The position numbers were made by a program, and so were the translations under genes. A model generated the notes under the pieces. That model had not been told where the DNA came from. It did no database searches and worked only from the letters and a program-made list of their open reading frames with translations. Source: a virus (Duplodnaviria > Caudoviricetes). Taken from it: a stretch of 36,775 nucleotides of DNA. This document shows positions 33,733 through 36,775 of this stretch, piece by piece. Positions within the stretch are counted from its first letter, which is position 1; each line of letters begins with the position of its first letter. The stretch spans positions 1-36,775 of the IMG/VR virus record IMGVR_UViG_3300044274_000303. The stretch is one strand, 5' to 3'.

Positions 33733-35742
33733 TTACATTAAGTCTATGAATGAATTAGCTTCTACTTCGTTACGTGAAGTCTTTGGCAACTTGCCACCAA
33801 GCTTTATCTTTAATTCTTGATCTTCTATTAATTGTTCTGGTGTAATTCCTGTTTCACGCTGTATTTGCTCAATCTGTTTTTTAGCTTTAGCTTCTTCAAC
33901 CTTGCGCACTTCATAATCTTTAGCATACTGTGCTTTATCGCCTTCTGTCATTAAAGCTGGTATTTGTTGCTGCTTGCGTACTGGTTGTGCATCTGCTATA
34001 AACTTTGTATCGCCATTAGGAAGTTTAGCGTACAGGCTTACATAGTTGTCTAATTCGTCTGGGTCGTACTTTACATAGAATTTTGAACCAACATAGCGTT
34101 CTCTAAATCGTAGATCAACATCACCATTTACATTGTATACCTCGAAGTGGTATTTTTTATTAGCTATCTGTACTCTAATGCCATCTGCTTTGTATGTAAT
34201 GGTATCATTGGTGAAGATCCAAAACAAATCAATCATATCTAGGTAGTTGATTTTCTCTAGCATTATTGGTTCGTGGTTGTAAACCTCGCTGCGAGTTTCA
34301 TTAAATTTTGGATGCTTGGCATTATTCCATTCATTAACCGAAATTTTAAATGCTTCAATTAGCTTTTCTTTGGTTAACAGTCTGTGCTTGTTTTCTAATA
34401 TGAAGTCCATATTAGGCTTGCTGTTATCTGTGCGAGCCTTAATACTTTGCTTGTCACTAAACCACCATTGGTTAAGTATCTGCTGTTGGAAACGTGCAAA
34501 TAATTGTTCTACTGGTGAACTGTGGCGACCAACAGCGTGTTGGTAATGCGTACCACCTTTTTTAGCTACCATTTTACCATACAAGCCTTGCATACGACTT
34601 GATTTATGACCACTTTGCCCATCATAGGTAAATAAGAAAGGTTTAGCTTGTGCTTCTTGAAAAGCCATTTTAACTGCTCTAAAATGATCTTCGTGGTTTT
34701 CAGTTTCACTAAAGCTTGTGCCAATTATTTTTTCACTGTAAACATCAAAAACAACATCAATTTTTAGTTTGGCAGCCATACCAAGCGTATTATCATAGTA
34801 ATGCAGCCAGTCAATTTTAGTACCATCAATAGCCCAATATGCATTTGGAAACCACGTTTCTTTGTCTCTTACAAGCTTGTGACCATATTTGTTACGGAAT
34901 GTTTCGATGCCATCACGGCTAATCATCCATTTGCGTTCCTGTTCTGGTTCGTGTAACCATTTGTATATGGCACTTTCAGATAGTTCACACCAGTTACGTC
35001 TAGCTGCTTCTTTTTCATACATAGCATGAAGTACTGGTACAACTATTTTGCTAGGCATTGAATACTTTGCAATAAGCCATTTTGCTATATCGCCTTTTAT
35101 CTTTTGTGCTGCTTTGTTATTTGCATTCTTATGTACTAAAAATTCATAACCGCCTTTTTCATAACCGCAAATCTTTGAAGTACCAAATGCTTTTCTATTT
35201 AATGCACGTGGGTTTGATGGTAATTTGTGAGGATATTTTTTAGTAGAAGTATTTGGGTAACATTCACTTTTTAAGTCATTGATTATTGCAGATATTTTTG
35301 CTTGTAAAGCACCTTTGTTTGCTTTCCTGTTTGAAGTTTTAATTTTGGCTTCGTAGTTGTTTATTAGCGCCACATAAAGGTTTAGTATTTCAGCTTCACA
35401 TATGTATTGCTGTTGTTTTTTGGTAGGAATACCAGAACCATCTTTATAACGGTACGATTTAAAAAAGTCAATAGCATCTTGGTCTTGTTCTAACTGATTA
35501 GTGAAAGTGGCACGATCATTTTCTAAATATGGATTGCCAAAGGCTTTAATGATTAATTGCTTTAAACTTTCTGGTATAGATGAAAATTCTATCAAGCCTG
35601 TACGTCCACGTCCTTTTGTTCTAAGTCTAGTTATTTTACCACGTGCAACCCAATGTTGAAAGCGATTATAACCCAAAAGATTTAAGCCATCATAAAATAC
35701 ATCTTGATTAACACAAAGGATATTATTGTAAGTTTCGTACAT
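33733..35742 (-). CDS. MuA-like DDE transposase
   Basis: Catalytic triad candidates WAIDGT / TYDGQSG / SPVEQLF; WNNAKHP; C-terminal VKYDP motif. Confidence 0.92.
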   Translation of the reverse strand: MYETYNNILCVNQDVFYDGLNLLGYNRFQHWVARGKITRLRTKGRGRTGLIEFSSIPESLKQLIIKAFGNPYLENDRATFTNQLEQDQDAIDFFKSYRYKDGSGIPTKKQQQYICEAEILNLYVALINNYEAKIKTSNRKANKGALQAKISAIINDLKSECYPNTSTKKYPHKLPSNPRALNRKAFGTSKICGYEKGGYEFLVHKNANNKAAQKIKGDIAKWLIAKYSMPSKIVVPVLHAMYEKEAARRNWCELSESAIYKWLHEPEQERKWMISRDGIETFRNKYGHKLVRDKETWFPNAYWAIDGTKIDWLHYYDNTLGMAAKLKIDVVFDVYSEKIIGTSFSETENHEDHFRAVKMAFQEAQAKPFLFTYDGQSGHKSSRMQGLYGKMVAKKGGTHYQHAVGRHSSPVEQLFARFQQQILNQWWFSDKQSIKARTDNSKPNMDFILENKHRLLTKEKLIEAFKISVNEWNNAKHPKFNETRSEVYNHEPIMLEKINYLDMIDLFWIFTNDTITYKADGIRVQIANKKYHFEVYNVNGDVDLRFRERYVGSKFYVKYDPDELDNYVSLYAKLPNGDTKFIADAQPVRKQQQIPALMTEGDKAQYAKDYEVRKVEEAKAKKQIEQIQRETGITPEQLIEDQELKIKLGGKLPKTSRNEVEANSFIDLM

Positions 35743-35744
35743 AA

Positions 35745-35996
35745 TTATTTCTTTTCAGCCATTGCTTCAATAGCATTTAATCTATCTTCTTCTTCTTTTG
35801 CTTGAATTTCTAAGGCATTAATCATTTCACGTGCTGCTTTCAAAATGTTTTTAGCCTTTGGTGCTTTAGGTTCTTCAGTAGATTTTAAAACACGTGTAAC
35901 GTAGGTATGTGAACACTTGAATGCTTCGCCTAATGCAGAATGGTTTAGCAGTTTTATTTGTTCTTTTGATAATGGCTTAAAAATTTCTTTATACAT
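35745..35996 (-). CDS. Ner/Cro-like HTH regulator
   Basis: HTH-like HSALGEAFKCSHTYVTRVL; first gene of the early operon, divergent from the repressor; ATG 35996 preferred. Confidence 0.7.
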   Translation of the reverse strand: MYKEIFKPLSKEQIKLLNHSALGEAFKCSHTYVTRVLKSTEEPKAPKAKNILKAAREMINALEIQAKEEEDRLNAIEAMAEKK

Positions 35997-36014
35997 TTGG
36001 TTTAGAATTTGAAA

Positions 36015-36067
36015 CAAATATAATAGAAAGTTTTCTAATTAAACAAGCTTTCTTTGAAAATTTTCTA
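36015..36067. promoter_or_regulatory. Early promoter and palindromic operators of the lysis/lysogeny switch
   Basis: - strand TTG (36046-36044)-N21-TATATTTG (36022-36015); palindromes TAGAAAGTTTTCTA (36024-36037) and TTGAAAATTTTCTA (36054-36067). Confidence 0.7.
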
Positions 36068-36070
36068 AAT

Positions 36071-36775
36071 ATGAATGAAATTGTAACTAGATTAAAAGAA
36101 TACTTAGAGTATAAAAACATAAAGCCATCACAGGCAGAAGCAGCAATTGGCGTTAGTAATGGCACTTTATCAAAACCTTTTAATAAAGGCACAAGTATAA
36201 AAACAGATACTTTAGAAAAGTTTCTTAGAGAGTTTGCGAAAATCAACCCTGTATGGCTGTTTAATGGAATAGGTTCAATTGAAGTAAAAGAGAATGATTT
36301 TGTAAATGAGCCTAGTGCTGTCTATAAATTAAAAACGGATTCTACAGAAGAAGAACAAAGCATACCATTATATAATTTAGAAGCATCTGCTGGTTTAGTC
36401 TCGTTATTTAACAATCAAGCAGACCAGAAACCAATTGATTATTTACGTATACCTAATTTACCAAAGTGTGATGGTGCTTTAACAGTAACTGGTGATAGTA
36501 TGTACCCTTTACTTAAAAGTGGTGATATAATTATGTATAAAGAACTAAATAATGAAATTGCCAATATATTTTTTGGTGAAATGTATCTTGTTTCTTTGGA
36601 TTTAGATGGTGACGAATATATTAGTGTAAAGTGGGTTCAACGAAGTGATAAAGGTGAAGAATACATTAGACTGGTAAGTGAAAACCAACACCATCAACCT
36701 AAAGATGTACACTTAAAAAAAGTAAGAGCATTAGCGCTTGTAAAGGCTAGTGTACGTATAAATGCTATGGGGTAA
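36071..36775 (+). CDS. CI/LexA-type repressor (HTH plus S24 autopeptidase)
   Basis: HTH (QAEAAIGVSNGTLS), INPVWLFNG.G, ASAG cleavage site, VTGDSMYP (Ser), VK (Lys) and LVSEN. Confidence 0.93.
   Translation: MNEIVTRLKEYLEYKNIKPSQAEAAIGVSNGTLSKPFNKGTSIKTDTLEKFLREFAKINPVWLFNGIGSIEVKENDFVNEPSAVYKLKTDSTEEEQSIPLYNLEASAGLVSLFNNQADQKPIDYLRIPNLPKCDGALTVTGDSMYPLLKSGDIIMYKELNNEIANIFFGEMYLVSLDLDGDEYISVKWVQRSDKGEEYIRLVSENQHHQPKDVHLKKVRALALVKASVRINAMG

Larger units (their letters stand above)
1395..36775. mobile_element. Mu-like transposable prophage (contractile tail, Bacteroidota type); extends beyond the right edge of the window
   Basis: DDE transposase, MuB-like ATPase, Gam-like, GemA-like, Mu-type portal/MuF/gp36/gpG-like genes, sheath, tube, baseplate and repressor. 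Left boundary inferred from a TG at 1395 next to tandem repeats (uncertain by a few bp). Confidence 0.95.

Noticed and set aside
1-36775. tRNA, rRNA or CRISPR array
   Set aside because: None recognised; intergenic gaps are short and accounted for, though a covariance-model scan was not possible.

Overview
AT-rich Bacteroidota DNA, most likely Flavobacteriaceae, judging by the TAnnTTTG promoter boxes and the TPR-AraC host gene. Nearly the whole window (~1395-36775) is an apparently intact Mu-like transposable prophage with a contractile tail. It appears to have inserted into, and 5'-truncated, a host TPR-AraC regulator gene. The tail-side end is marked by tandem 17-bp repeats; the repressor-side end lies beyond the window. 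Modules from right to left: S24 repressor / Ner-like switch; DDE transposase with two ATPases; semi-essential early genes (Gam-like, GemA-like, unannotated Zn-type microproteins); C5 and N6-adenine methyltransferases with an ASCH-like gene; an accessory rhomboid-protease and membrane-peptide island; and two divergent late operons (terminase-portal-MuF on +; protease-capsid-lysis-tail on -). The most unusual locus is 20416-23070. The portal gene ends on an A_AAA_AAG slippery site, where a -1 frameshift would fuse it to a MuF frame that lacks an ATG start and ends in a CdiA-like PD-(D/E)xK nuclease. No protein immunity gene follows. Instead there is a self-contained ~65-nt opposite-strand transcription unit (promoter, possible pseudoknot, terminator), a candidate RNA antitoxin. 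All family assignments come from motif recognition and synteny, not from database searches.
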